Source: Escherichia coli
Lineage (GTDB): Bacteria; Pseudomonadota; Gammaproteobacteria; Enterobacterales; Enterobacteriaceae
Direction: 5' to 3' (one strand)
Assembly (NCBI RefSeq): GCF_003334385.1
Contig: NZ_QOWN01000005.1
Length of the DNA stretch: 64,000 bases
Shown here in pieces: positions 50,477 through 60,441 of this stretch (the stretch's first letter is position 1; the number at the start of each line of letters is the position of its first letter). A program made the translations under genes and the position numbers. The notes below the pieces were generated by a model that saw nothing but the letters and a program-made list of their open reading frames with translations, had not been told where the DNA came from and did no database searches.

Positions 50477-52867
50477 ATGGCAATTAACAATACAGGCTCG
50501 CGACGATTACTCGTCACGCTAACAGCCCTTTTTGCAGCGCTTTGCGGGCTGTATCTACTCATTGGCGGAGGCTGGCTGGTCGCGATTGGCGGCTCCTGGT
50601 ACTACCCTATCGCTGGCCTTGTGATGCTCGGCGTCGCCTGGATGCTGTGGCGCAGTAAACGCGCCGCGCTTTGGCTATACGCAGCCCTGCTGCTCGGCAC
50701 CATGATTTGGGGCGTCTGGGAAGTTGGTTTCGACTTCTGGGCGCTGACTCCGCGCAGCGACATTCTGGTCTTCTTCGGCATCTGGCTGATCCTGCCGTTT
50801 GTCTGGCGTCGCCTGGTCATTCCTGCCAGCGGCGCAGTTGCCGCACTGGTGGTCGCACTGCTGATTAGCGGTGGTATCCTGACCTGGGCCGGATTTAACG
50901 ATCCGCAGGAGATCAACGGCACCTTAAGCGCCGATGCCACACCTGCTGAAGCTATCTCCCCCGTAGCCGATCAGGACTGGCCTGCCTATGGTCGTAATCA
51001 GGAAGGTCAACGCTTTTCGCCGCTGAAACAAATTAACGCCGATAACGTCCATAATCTGAAAGAAGCCTGGGTGTTCCGTACTGGCGATGTGAAGCAGCCG
51101 AACGATCCGGGTGAAATCACCAATGAAGTGACGCCGATTAAAGTGGGCGACACCCTTTACCTGTGTACCGCTCACCAGCGCCTGTTTGCGCTTGATGCCG
51201 CCAGCGGCAAAGAGAAATGGCATTACGATCCTGAGCTGAAAACCAACGAGTCTTTCCAGCACGTAACCTGCCGTGGTGTCTCTTATCATGAAGCCAAAGC
51301 AGAAACCGCTTCGCCGGAAGTGATGGCGGATTGCCCGCGTCGTATCATTCTTCCGGTCAATGATGGTCGACTGATTGCGATTAACGCTGAAAACGGCAAA
51401 CTGTGCGAAACCTTCGCCAATAAAGGCGTGCTCAATCTGCAAAGCAATATGCCAGACACCAAACCGGGTCTGTATGAACCGACTTCGCCACCGATTATCA
51501 CCGATAAAACCATCGTGATGGCCGGTTCAGTTACCGATAACTTCTCAACCCGCGAAACGTCTGGCGTGATCCGTGGTTTTGATGTCAACACCGGGGAGCT
51601 GCTGTGGGCTTTTGATCCCGGCGCGAAAGATCCGAACGCAATCCCGTCTGACGAACACACCTTTACCTTTAACTCGCCAAACTCCTGGGCACCAGCGGCC
51701 TATGACGCGAAGCTGGATCTGGTCTATCTGCCGATGGGCGTGACCACGCCGGATATCTGGGGCGGTAACCGCACACCGGAACAGGAACGTTATGCCAGCT
51801 CGATTCTGGCGCTGAATGCCACTACCGGGAAACTGGCGTGGAGCTACCAGACCGTTCACCACGACCTGTGGGACATGGATCTTCCGGCACAGCCGACGCT
51901 GGCGGACATCACCGTTAATGGTCAGAAAGTGCCAGTTATTTACGCTCCGGCGAAAACCGGCAACATTTTTGTGCTCGATCGTCGTAATGGCGAACTGGTG
52001 GTTCCGGCACCGGAAAAACCGGTTCCCCAAGGTGCAGCGAAAGGCGATTACGTAACCCCAACTCAACCGTTTTCTGAACTGAGCTTCCGTCCGACGAAAG
52101 ATTTGAGCGGTGCGGATATGTGGGGAGCCACCATGTTTGACCAACTGGTGTGCCGCGTGATGTTCCACCAGATGCGCTATGAAGGCATTTTCACCCCGCC
52201 ATCTGAACAGGGTACGCTGGTCTTCCCGGGTAACCTGGGGATGTTCGAATGGGGCGGGATTTCCGTTGATCCAAATCGTGAAGTGGCGATTGCCAACCCA
52301 ATGGCACTGCCGTTTGTTTCGAAACTGATCCCGCGTGGTCCTGGCAACCCGATGGAGCAGCCGAAAGATGCCAAAGGCACGGGTACGGAATCCGGCATTC
52401 AGCCACAGTACGGTGTACCGTATGGTGTCACGCTCAACCCGTTCCTCTCACCATTTGGTCTGCCATGTAAACAGCCAGCATGGGGTTATATCTCGGCGCT
52501 GGATCTGAAAACTAATGAAGTGGTGTGGAAGAAACGTATTGGTACGCCGCAGGACAGTATGCCGTTCCCGATGCCGGTTCCGGTGCCGTTCAATATGGGT
52601 ATGCCGATGCTGGGCGGGCCAATCTCCACGGCGGGTAACGTGCTGTTTATCGCCGCTACGGCAGATAACTACCTGCGCGCTTACAACATGAGCAACGGTG
52701 AAAAACTGTGGCAGGGTCGTTTACCAGCGGGTGGTCAGGCTACGCCAATGACCTATGAAGTGAATGGTAAGCAGTATGTGGTGATCTCCGCAGGCGGTCA
52801 CGGTTCATTTGGTACGAAGATGGGCGACTATATTGTGGCTTATGCGCTGCCGGATGATGTGAAGTAA
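50477..52867 (+). CDS. gcd: Quinoprotein (PQQ) glucose dehydrogenase, membrane-bound (796 aa)
   Basis: ORF 50459..52867 opens at TTG; start set to MAINNTGSRRLLVTLTALFAALCG...; N-terminal TM helices plus PQQ beta-propeller. Confidence 0.94.
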   Translation: MAINNTGSRRLLVTLTALFAALCGLYLLIGGGWLVAIGGSWYYPIAGLVMLGVAWMLWRSKRAALWLYAALLLGTMIWGVWEVGFDFWALTPRSDILVFFGIWLILPFVWRRLVIPASGAVAALVVALLISGGILTWAGFNDPQEINGTLSADATPAEAISPVADQDWPAYGRNQEGQRFSPLKQINADNVHNLKEAWVFRTGDVKQPNDPGEITNEVTPIKVGDTLYLCTAHQRLFALDAASGKEKWHYDPELKTNESFQHVTCRGVSYHEAKAETASPEVMADCPRRIILPVNDGRLIAINAENGKLCETFANKGVLNLQSNMPDTKPGLYEPTSPPIITDKTIVMAGSVTDNFSTRETSGVIRGFDVNTGELLWAFDPGAKDPNAIPSDEHTFTFNSPNSWAPAAYDAKLDLVYLPMGVTTPDIWGGNRTPEQERYASSILALNATTGKLAWSYQTVHHDLWDMDLPAQPTLADITVNGQKVPVIYAPAKTGNIFVLDRRNGELVVPAPEKPVPQGAAKGDYVTPTQPFSELSFRPTKDLSGADMWGATMFDQLVCRVMFHQMRYEGIFTPPSEQGTLVFPGNLGMFEWGGISVDPNREVAIANPMALPFVSKLIPRGPGNPMEQPKDAKGTGTESGIQPQYGVPYGVTLNPFLSPFGLPCKQPAWGYISALDLKTNEVVWKKRIGTPQDSMPFPMPVPVPFNMGMPMLGGPISTAGNVLFIAATADNYLRAYNMSNGEKLWQGRLPAGGQATPMTYEVNGKQYVVISAGGHGSFGTKMGDYIVAYALPDDVK

Positions 52868-52905
52868 GACTTGCTCAGATTGCTGACAACGTGCGCGTTG
52901 TTCAT

Positions 52906-53005
52906 GCCGGATGCGGCGTGAACGCCTTATCCAGCCTACAAAATTGTGCAAAATCAATGGATTGCACAGCTAGCGTAGGCCTGATAAGCGTAGCGCATCA
53001 GGCAG
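52906..53005. repeat. REP pair flanking an IHF-like site (RIP/RIB-type BIME)
   Basis: tgccggatgcggcgtgaacgccttatccagcctac ... aatcaatggattg (WATCAANNNNTTR) ... tagcgtaggcctgataagcgtagcgcatcaggca. Confidence 0.7.
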
Positions 53006-53068
53006 ATTTGCGTTTGTCATCAGTTTAATGCCCGGAGAGATCCGGGCATATTTCCGAATACGGTCTTT

Positions 53069-54619
53069 TTATACCGTAAACCCTAACATCATCCCCGTAT
53101 CTTCATGCTCCAGCAGATGGCAGTGCGCCATATAAGCATGTTCTTTCGGTGCATCGTGATTAAACTTCACCAGCACTTCGCTGACATTACCTTCTACCTT
53201 AACGGTATCTTTCCAGCCCGCGCGATGAGCCGCTGGCGGTTTGCCATTTTCTGACAAGATACGGAACTGCGTGCCGTGGATATGGAACGGATGCAGCATC
53301 ATGTCGCCCACGCCAGAGATAACCCAACGTTCGTATTGCCCTTTCGCCGCCGCAAACATCGGCTTGTTCATATCAAACGCCTGACCGTTGATTTTGTTGG
53401 CATGGTGGAAATCGAACTTCCCGCCGTGGTTCATATGATTCATATTGCCGTGCCCCATATGGCCCATCATCTGGCTGTGATCCATCCCGGCCATCGCCTG
53501 ATCGCCATATTTCTCCATTAGCATCTGCATCCCCATCATATCGAGCATCGGGTCCATAGAGAGTTGCAGCTTGCGTACCGTCAGCCCTTCCAGCGAAGGT
53601 AACGCAGGCAGGCTACTTAATGTGTCTGGCAAAGCACCGGAGGCACTAATAGCAATCGGCTGAATCCGCATTACCGGATGAGGCTTATCAAACGGCGCAA
53701 TCGCCATCCCCATCTGGCTGACCGGCAGCGTCACCAGGTCAAAGGGTTTGTTATCGTTAACCTCCACCAGCACTTCAAAACGCTCGCCCATCAGCACCGG
53801 CAGTTCGCTCACCTTCACTGGTTCAGGTAGCAGACCACCGTCGCTGGCAATCACATACAGCGGGCGATTGTCGCTGGTGGCGAAATTGAGCGAACGGGCA
53901 TTACAGCCATTGAGCAAACGCAGGCGCAGCCAACCACGCGGGGCAGCGTGTTGCGGGTAGATTGCACCGTTGGTCAGCAACGTATCGCCAAACCAGCCCA
54001 CGGCGGCGGTCATCACATCCAGTTGATAATCAATCTGCCCGTCGGCGCTAAATTTCTTATCCTGAACGATCACCGGAACATCATCGATACCCCACTGTTT
54101 TGGCAGCATTAATTTCAGGATCTCGTCATCTTCAATCACCACCAGCCCAGCCAGCCCCATCGCCACCTGTCGCCCGGTTTTGCCGTGCTGATGCGGATGG
54201 AACCAGCAGGTAGCGGCAGGTTGATCAACGTTCAACGTCACCGAGCGCTTGCCACCTGGCGGAATAATTCCCTGCGGGCCGCCGTCGACTTCACCCGGTA
54301 CTTCCAGCCCGTGCCAGTGCAACGTTGTCTCTTCCGTCAGTTGGTTGTAGATATCAACCGTTACCGCTTTGCCGCGCTGTAATTTCACCGCCGGCCCCAG
54401 CAGATTGCCGTTATAGCCCCAGGTAGTTGCAGTTTTCCCGCCAAAGGTGGACTGGCCTGCGCCAATAGTTAACTGAATGCGATTACGGGCATCGGTCGTG
54501 AGCAAATCAGGGATCGGTAACGTTGGGCGTTCTGCCGCAAATACTGCGCGGCTCCACAGCGGCAAAGCCGAAGCCACACCCAGCGCGACGGAATATTTTA
54601 AGAAATCACGACGTTGCAT
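53069..54619 (-). CDS. cueO: Multicopper oxidase CueO (516 aa), Tat-secreted
   Basis: ORF 53069..54658; start set to [28 protein letters not shown]; HWHG copper motifs and a Met/His-rich segment. Confidence 0.94.
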
Positions 54620-54672
54620 AGTTATTTCCTTATTCTTAAGCAGGCGAAACAAAATCAAACGTTGAGCATAGT

Positions 54673-54691
54673 CCTTCCCCTTACGGGAAGG
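54673..54691 (-). promoter_or_regulatory. CueR-type operator dyad in cueO promoter
   Basis: ccttcc-ccttacg-ggaagg inverted repeat about 55 bp upstream of cueO start. Confidence 0.6.
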
Positions 54692-54784
54692 TCAAGCCGC
54701 AGACACAATTTAATCGACAATAATGGTCGTCGCCTCGCTCGCAGTGTGCTAACGTTTATCTTCTTTAAGCCCCTGGTAGAAGCA

Positions 54785-55132
54785 ATGAAGACGTTTTTCA
54801 GAACAGTGTTATTCGGCAGCCTGATGGCCGTCTGCGCAAACAGTTACGCGCTCAGCGAGTCTGAAGCCGAAGATATGGCCGATTTAACGGCAGTTTTTGT
54901 CTTTCTGAAGAACGATTGTGGTTACCAGAACTTACCTAACGGGCAAATTCGTCGCGCACTGGTCTTTTTCGCTCAGCAAAACCAGTGGGACCTCAGTAAT
55001 TACGACACCTTCGACATGAAAGCCCTCGGTGAAGACAGCTACCGCGATCTCAGCGGCATTGGCATTCCCGTCGCTAAAAAATGCAAAGCCTTGGCCCGCG
55101 ATTCCTTAAGCCTGCTTGCCTACGTCAAATAA
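54785..55132 (+). CDS. yacC: Periplasmic protein YacC (115 aa)
   Basis: ORF 54614..55132; start set to MKTFFRTVLFGSLMAVCANSYA signal peptide. Confidence 0.88.
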   Translation: MKTFFRTVLFGSLMAVCANSYALSESEAEDMADLTAVFVFLKNDCGYQNLPNGQIRRALVFFAQQNQWDLSNYDTFDMKALGEDSYRDLSGIGIPVAKKCKALARDSLSLLAYVK

Positions 55133-55237
55133 TCCCTGATACCTTTTTGTAGAAATATTGACCGTGCATCCGCGGTCAATGTTAGCTATTATGTTGCGCC
55201 CTTTTTTTACGGGTGTTAACAAAGGAGGTATCAACCC

Positions 55238-56104
55238 ATGGCCGAAAAAAAACAGTGGCATGAAACGCTACACGACCAGTTTGGGCAGTACTTTGCGGTA
55301 GATAACGTTCTGTATCATGAAAAGACCGATCACCAGGATCTGATCATTTTTGAGAACGCTGCATTTGGTCGCGTAATGGCGCTGGATGGCGTAGTACAAA
55401 CCACCGAGCGCGACGAGTTTATCTATCATGAGATGATGACCCATGTTCCGCTACTGGCCCATGGTCACGCGAAACATGTGCTGATTATCGGCGGCGGCGA
55501 CGGTGCCATGCTGCGTGAAGTAACCCGACATAAAAACGTTGAGTCAATCACGATGGTGGAAATCGATGCGGGTGTCGTATCGTTCTGCCGTCAGTATCTA
55601 CCCAACCATAACGCCGGTAGCTACGACGATCCGCGCTTTAAGCTGGTGATCGACGATGGCGTCAATTTCGTTAATCAAACCAGCCAGACCTTTGATGTCA
55701 TTATCTCCGACTGCACCGATCCTATCGGTCCCGGCGAAAGCCTTTTCACTTCGGCATTTTATGAAGGCTGCAAACGTTGCCTGAATCCTGGCGGTATCTT
55801 CGTCGCACAAAACGGCGTCTGCTTTTTACAGCAGGAAGAAGCCATCGACAGCCATCGCAAACTCAGCCATTACTTCAGCGACGTTGGCTTTTATCAGGCG
55901 GCGATCCCGACCTATTACGGCGGTATCATGACTTTTGCATGGGCGACAGATAACGACGCCTTACGCCATCTCTCAACCGAAATTATTCAGGCGCGTTTTC
56001 TCGCCTCTGGCCTGAAATGCCGTTATTACAATCCGGCAATCCATACGGCAGCTTTTGCCTTACCTCAGTATCTGCAAGACGCACTGGCTTCACAGCCGTC
56101 CTAA
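55238..56104 (+). CDS. speE: Spermidine synthase (288 aa)
   Basis: [40 protein letters not shown]...; GGGDG motif. Confidence 0.96.
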   Translation: MAEKKQWHETLHDQFGQYFAVDNVLYHEKTDHQDLIIFENAAFGRVMALDGVVQTTERDEFIYHEMMTHVPLLAHGHAKHVLIIGGGDGAMLREVTRHKNVESITMVEIDAGVVSFCRQYLPNHNAGSYDDPRFKLVIDDGVNFVNQTSQTFDVIISDCTDPIGPGESLFTSAFYEGCKRCLNPGGIFVAQNGVCFLQQEEAIDSHRKLSHYFSDVGFYQAAIPTYYGGIMTFAWATDNDALRHLSTEIIQARFLASGLKCRYYNPAIHTAAFALPQYLQDALASQPS

Positions 56105-56119
56105 GGAGAAGATAAGAAA

Positions 56120-56914
56120 TTGAAAAAACTGAAACTGCATGGCTTTAATAATCTGACCAAAAGTCTGAGTTTTTGTATTTACGATATCTGCTACGCCAAA
56201 ACTGCCGAAGAGCGCGACGGTTATATTGCTTATATCGATGAACTCTATAATGCCAACCGTCTGACCGAAATCCTGTCAGAAACCTGTTCCATTATCGGGG
56301 CTAATATTCTTAACATCGCCCGCCAGGATTACGAACCACAGGGTGCCAGCGTCACTATTCTGGTGAGTGAAGAACCGGTTGACCCGAAACTCATCGACAA
56401 AACAGAACACCCCGGCCCACTGCCAGAAACGGTCGTTGCCCATCTTGATAAAAGTCATATTTGCGTACATACCTACCCGGAAAGTCATCCTGAAGGCGGT
56501 TTATGTACCTTCCGCGCCGATATTGAAGTCTCTACCTGCGGCGTGATTTCTCCGCTGAAGGCGCTGAATTACCTGATCCACCAGCTTGAGTCCGATATCG
56601 TAACCATTGATTATCGCGTGCGCGGTTTTACCCGCGACATTAACGGTATGAAGCACTTTATCGACCATGAGATTAATTCGATTCAGAACTTTATGTCTGA
56701 CGATATGAAGGCGCTGTATGACATGGTGGATGTGAACGTCTATCAGGAAAATATCTTCCATACCAAGATGTTGCTTAAAGAGTTCGACCTTAAGCACTAC
56801 ATGTTCCACACCAAACCGGAAGACTTAACCGACAGCGAGCGCCAGGAAATTACCGCTGCGCTGTGGAAAGAAATGCGCGAGATTTATTACGGGCGCAATA
56901 TGCCAGCTGTTTAA
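56120..56914 (+). CDS. speD: S-adenosylmethionine decarboxylase proenzyme (264 aa), TTG start
   Basis: (M)[32 protein letters not shown]...; RBS overlaps speE stop. Confidence 0.94.
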
Positions 56915-56919
56915 CGGCT

Positions 56920-56953
56920 CTGGCGGAGCTCCCAGGCTCCGCCAGATTTATTT
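56920..56953. terminator. Hairpin terminator between convergent speD and yacL
   Basis: ctggcggagc-tcccag-gctccgccag stem followed by atttattt. Confidence 0.6.
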
Positions 56954-57314
56954 ACTTCTGCTGCACGAAATTGCGGTAAGCCGCCACGACCTGCAGAAAA
57001 TCCTCAACGCCGCATAGCGACAGGCTTTCTTCGTCGTAGTAGTTCATCCCCTCTTCCATTTCATCGCCAGCGAATTCCAGTTGATTGGCGCGAACCATCA
57101 CCTCTTCACCGTCCATCCACAGGGTGTATTCATGCCCTGCCCGTTGCCAGGACCGTTCGCTACCTTTCAGTGCGTGCGCTGCTTGTTCCACTTCATCAAG
57201 CAAGGCCAGGTTTTCTTTCACCTCTTCATTAAACCAGTGCCCGACCACTTCATGCCCCATGGACATACGCACCTTTACCACTCCGGTAATATCGCGCAGA
57301 AATTCGTAATCCAT
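56952..57314 (-). CDS. yacL: UPF0231 family protein YacL (120 aa)
   Basis: ORF 56952..57362; start set to [31 protein letters not shown]... Confidence 0.9.
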
Positions 57315-57421
57315 AGTGTGTTCCTCTGCTCCCGGCAATGCACCGAAATCGCATTGCGCCATTGATGTAATTATCGCAGCCTTACCGGAGAAAAACAGCG
57401 GAACGGCGATGGTTTAGAAAT

Positions 57422-57454
57422 AAAAAAATGCCCGGGAATCTCATTCACCGGGCA
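57422..57454 (-). terminator. Rho-independent terminator after acnB
   Basis: Minus strand atgcccgg-tgaatgagattc-ccgggcat followed by T7. Confidence 0.65.
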
Positions 57455-57489
57455 TTGTGTCGTTTATGCGCAGCGCGTGCGCTGACTTT

Positions 57490-60087
57490 TTAAACCGCAG
57501 TCTGGAAAATCACCCCATCGGCTTTCTCGGTGTACTGAGAAAGCTGGTTGAAGTTCAGATAACGGTAAGTATCAACGGCTGTTTTATCTACCTGCGCCAC
57601 GTAGGTCTGGTACTCTTCCGGCGTCGGCAGTTTGCCAATCAGCGCCGCAACAGCCGCCAGTTCCGCAGAAGCCAGGAAGACATTCGCGCCAGTACCCAGA
57701 CGGTTCGGGAAGTTACGGGTAGAGGTGGAAACCACCGTTGCACCGTCCGCCACACGCGCCTGGTTACCCATACACAGGGAACAGCCAGGGATCTCGATAC
57801 GCGCACCACTCTTACCGAAGACGCTGTAGTAGCCTTCTTCGGTCAACTGTGCGGCGTCCATACGGGTTGGCGGTGCCACCCACAGGCGGGTCGGCAACTG
57901 ACCTTTATGCGCATCCAGCAGTTTACCCGCAGCACGGAAGTGACCGATGTTGGTCATGCAGGAACCGATAAACACTTCGTCGATCTTCTCACCCTGTACC
58001 GCAGACAGCGGACGCGCGTCATCCGGGTCGTTCGGAGCACACAGGATTGGCTCTTTAATATCCGCCAGATCGATGTCGATCACTGCCGCGTATTCCGCAT
58101 CTGCATCGGCTTCCAGCAGCTCAGGATTCGCCAGCCATTTTTCCATGCCCTGAATACGACGTTCCAGGGTACGACGATCGCCGTAACCTTCCGCGATCAT
58201 CCACTTCAGCAGGACGATGTTAGAGTTCAGGTATTCGATGATCGGTTCTTTGTTCAGCTTGATGGTACAACCAGCGGCAGAACGCTCGGCGGACGCATCG
58301 GTTAGCTCAAAGGCCTGCTCAACTTTCAGATCCGGCAGACCTTCAATTTCCAGGATGCGGCCAGAGAAGATGTTTTTCTTGCCTTTCTTCTCAACGGTCA
58401 GCAGACCTTGTTTGATCGCATACAGCGGAATAGCGTGTACCAGATCGCGCAGGGTGATGCCCGGCTGCATTTTGCCTTTGAAGCGCACCAGAACGGATTC
58501 CGGCATATCAAGCGGCATTACGCCAGTTGCGGCAGCAAACGCCACCAGACCAGAACCCGCCGGGAAAGAGATACCGATCGGGAAACGGGTATGGGAGTCA
58601 CCACCGGTACCGACGGTATCCGGCAGCAGCATACGGTTCAGCCAGGAGTGAATGACGCCGTCACCCGGACGCAGCGACACACCGCCACGGTTCATAATGA
58701 AGTCCGGCAGCGTGTGGTGCGTGTTCACGTCAACTGGCTTCGGATACGCCGCGGTGTGGCAGAAAGACTGCATCACCAGGTCAGCCGAGAAGCCCAGGCA
58801 CGCCAGGTCTTTCAGTTCATCACGGGTCATCGGGCCGGTGGTGTCCTGGGAACCTACAGAAGTCATTTTCGGTTCACAGTACGCGCCCGGACGAATGCCT
58901 TTCACGCCACAGGCACGGCCTACCATTTTTTGCGCCAGCGAGAAGCCGCGATCGCTCTCAGCGACATCTTTCGCCTGACGGAACACATCACTGTGCGGCA
59001 GACCAAGTGCTTCACGCGCTTTGGTGGTCAGGCCACGCCCGATAATCAGCGGAATACGGCCACCAGCACGCACTTCATCAATCAGCACGTCGGTTTTCAG
59101 TTCGAAGGTCGCCAGCAGTTCGCCGGTTTCGTGGTTACGCACTTCACCTTTGTACGGGTAAACGTCAATCACGTCGCCCATGTTCAGGTTAGAGACGTCG
59201 ACTTCGATTGGCAGTGCACCCGCGTCTTCCATCGTGTTAAAGAAGATGGGTGCAATTTTACCGCCGAGGCACAAACCACCGCCGCGTTTGTTCGGCACAT
59301 GTGGAATATCATCGCCCATAAACCACAGAACGGAGTTAGTGGCGGATTTACGCGAAGAACCCGTACCCACAACGTCACCGACGTACGCCAGCGGGAAACC
59401 TTTCTGTTGCAGAGCTTCGATTTGCTTGATCGGACCAACAACACCAGGCTGGTCTGGCTCAATACCTTCACGGGCGTTTTTCAGCATCGCCAGCGCGTGC
59501 AGTGGGATATCCGGGCGTGACCACGCATCCGGTGCCGGAGAAAGGTCATCGGTGTTAGTTTCGCCAGTGACTTTGAAGACAGTAACGGTCAGTTTTTCAG
59601 CCAGCGCCGGGCGATTCAGGAACCATTCGGCATCCGCCCAGGACTGCATAACCTGCTTCGCATATTCGTTGCCTGCTTTCGCTTTCTCTTCTACGTCATA
59701 GAAGTTATCGAACATCAGCAGCGTGTGAGAAAGTGCTTTGGCAGCAATAGGTGCCAGTTTGGCATCATCCAGCGCGTCGATCAGCGGATGAATGTTGTAA
59801 CCACCCTGCATGGTGCCCAGCAGTTCGATGGCTTTTTCCGGAGTCAGCAGAGGGGATTTGGCTTCGCCTTTCGCGATAGCAGCCAGGAAGCCTGCTTTGA
59901 CATAGGCGGCTTCATCGACGCCTGGGGGAACACGGTTGGTTAACAGATCTAACAGGAATTCTTCTTCGCCCGCGGGCGGGTTTTTCAGCAGCTCTACAAG
60001 TGCGGCCATTTGGTTTGCATCCAGGGGTTTGGGCGCAATCCCCTCAGCGGCACGCTCAGCTACGTGCTTACGGTATTCTTCTAGCAC
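57490..60087 (-). CDS. acnB: Aconitate hydratase B (865 aa), GTG start
   Basis: ORF 57490..60240; known N-terminus (M)[22 protein letters not shown] begins at GTG 60087. Confidence 0.94.
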   Translation of the reverse strand: MLEEYRKHVAERAAEGIAPKPLDANQMAALVELLKNPPAGEEEFLLDLLTNRVPPGVDEAAYVKAGFLAAIAKGEAKSPLLTPEKAIELLGTMQGGYNIHPLIDALDDAKLAPIAAKALSHTLLMFDNFYDVEEKAKAGNEYAKQVMQSWADAEWFLNRPALAEKLTVTVFKVTGETNTDDLSPAPDAWSRPDIPLHALAMLKNAREGIEPDQPGVVGPIKQIEALQQKGFPLAYVGDVVGTGSSRKSATNSVLWFMGDDIPHVPNKRGGGLCLGGKIAPIFFNTMEDAGALPIEVDVSNLNMGDVIDVYPYKGEVRNHETGELLATFELKTDVLIDEVRAGGRIPLIIGRGLTTKAREALGLPHSDVFRQAKDVAESDRGFSLAQKMVGRACGVKGIRPGAYCEPKMTSVGSQDTTGPMTRDELKDLACLGFSADLVMQSFCHTAAYPKPVDVNTHHTLPDFIMNRGGVSLRPGDGVIHSWLNRMLLPDTVGTGGDSHTRFPIGISFPAGSGLVAFAAATGVMPLDMPESVLVRFKGKMQPGITLRDLVHAIPLYAIKQGLLTVEKKGKKNIFSGRILEIEGLPDLKVEQAFELTDASAERSAAGCTIKLNKEPIIEYLNSNIVLLKWMIAEGYGDRRTLERRIQGMEKWLANPELLEADADAEYAAVIDIDLADIKEPILCAPNDPDDARPLSAVQGEKIDEVFIGSCMTNIGHFRAAGKLLDAHKGQLPTRLWVAPPTRMDAAQLTEEGYYSVFGKSGARIEIPGCSLCMGNQARVADGATVVSTSTRNFPNRLGTGANVFLASAELAAVAALIGKLPTPEEYQTYVAQVDKTAVDTYRYLNFNQLSQYTEKADGVIFQTAV

Positions 60088-60441
60088 GACGGTTCTCCTC
60101 GCTCTCATTGTCATAGTGCGGCAGGCGATTCTCTTCACGCTCCTGTGAGACAGCAGTTTGTAGGGTAAATGCCCAGTACCGCAACGGGCAGAATAGCAGG
60201 ATTTTGACGAGGTGTTAATCTGTTTACAAAAAAGCAACATAAAAAAGTGGCTGAATCGTTAAGGATGGTCTAGAGATTGTTTCCCTCCGTAAAAACTTCG
60301 TTAATTCGCATGGTGATAATCACCTTTCTCAACGAATCCCAAGATTAGTCAAAATTTAAACTACCGCCTCTTTATACTCGGATTCACAGCACCTGCGGGT
60401 GGCAGTTCGCCGACCATTGCGATTTCCTTGAGATCCGAATT

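Noticed and set aside
53031-53048. Possible terminator hairpin downstream of cueO (gcccggagagatccgggc)
   Set aside because: Stem is present but no U-tract follows on either strand; the adjacent REP/RIP element more likely carries 3'-end function.
58408-59520. 370-aa plus-strand ORF (also 57457..58305, 282 aa)
   Set aside because: Antisense to acnB; stop-poor frames opposite a long conserved gene.
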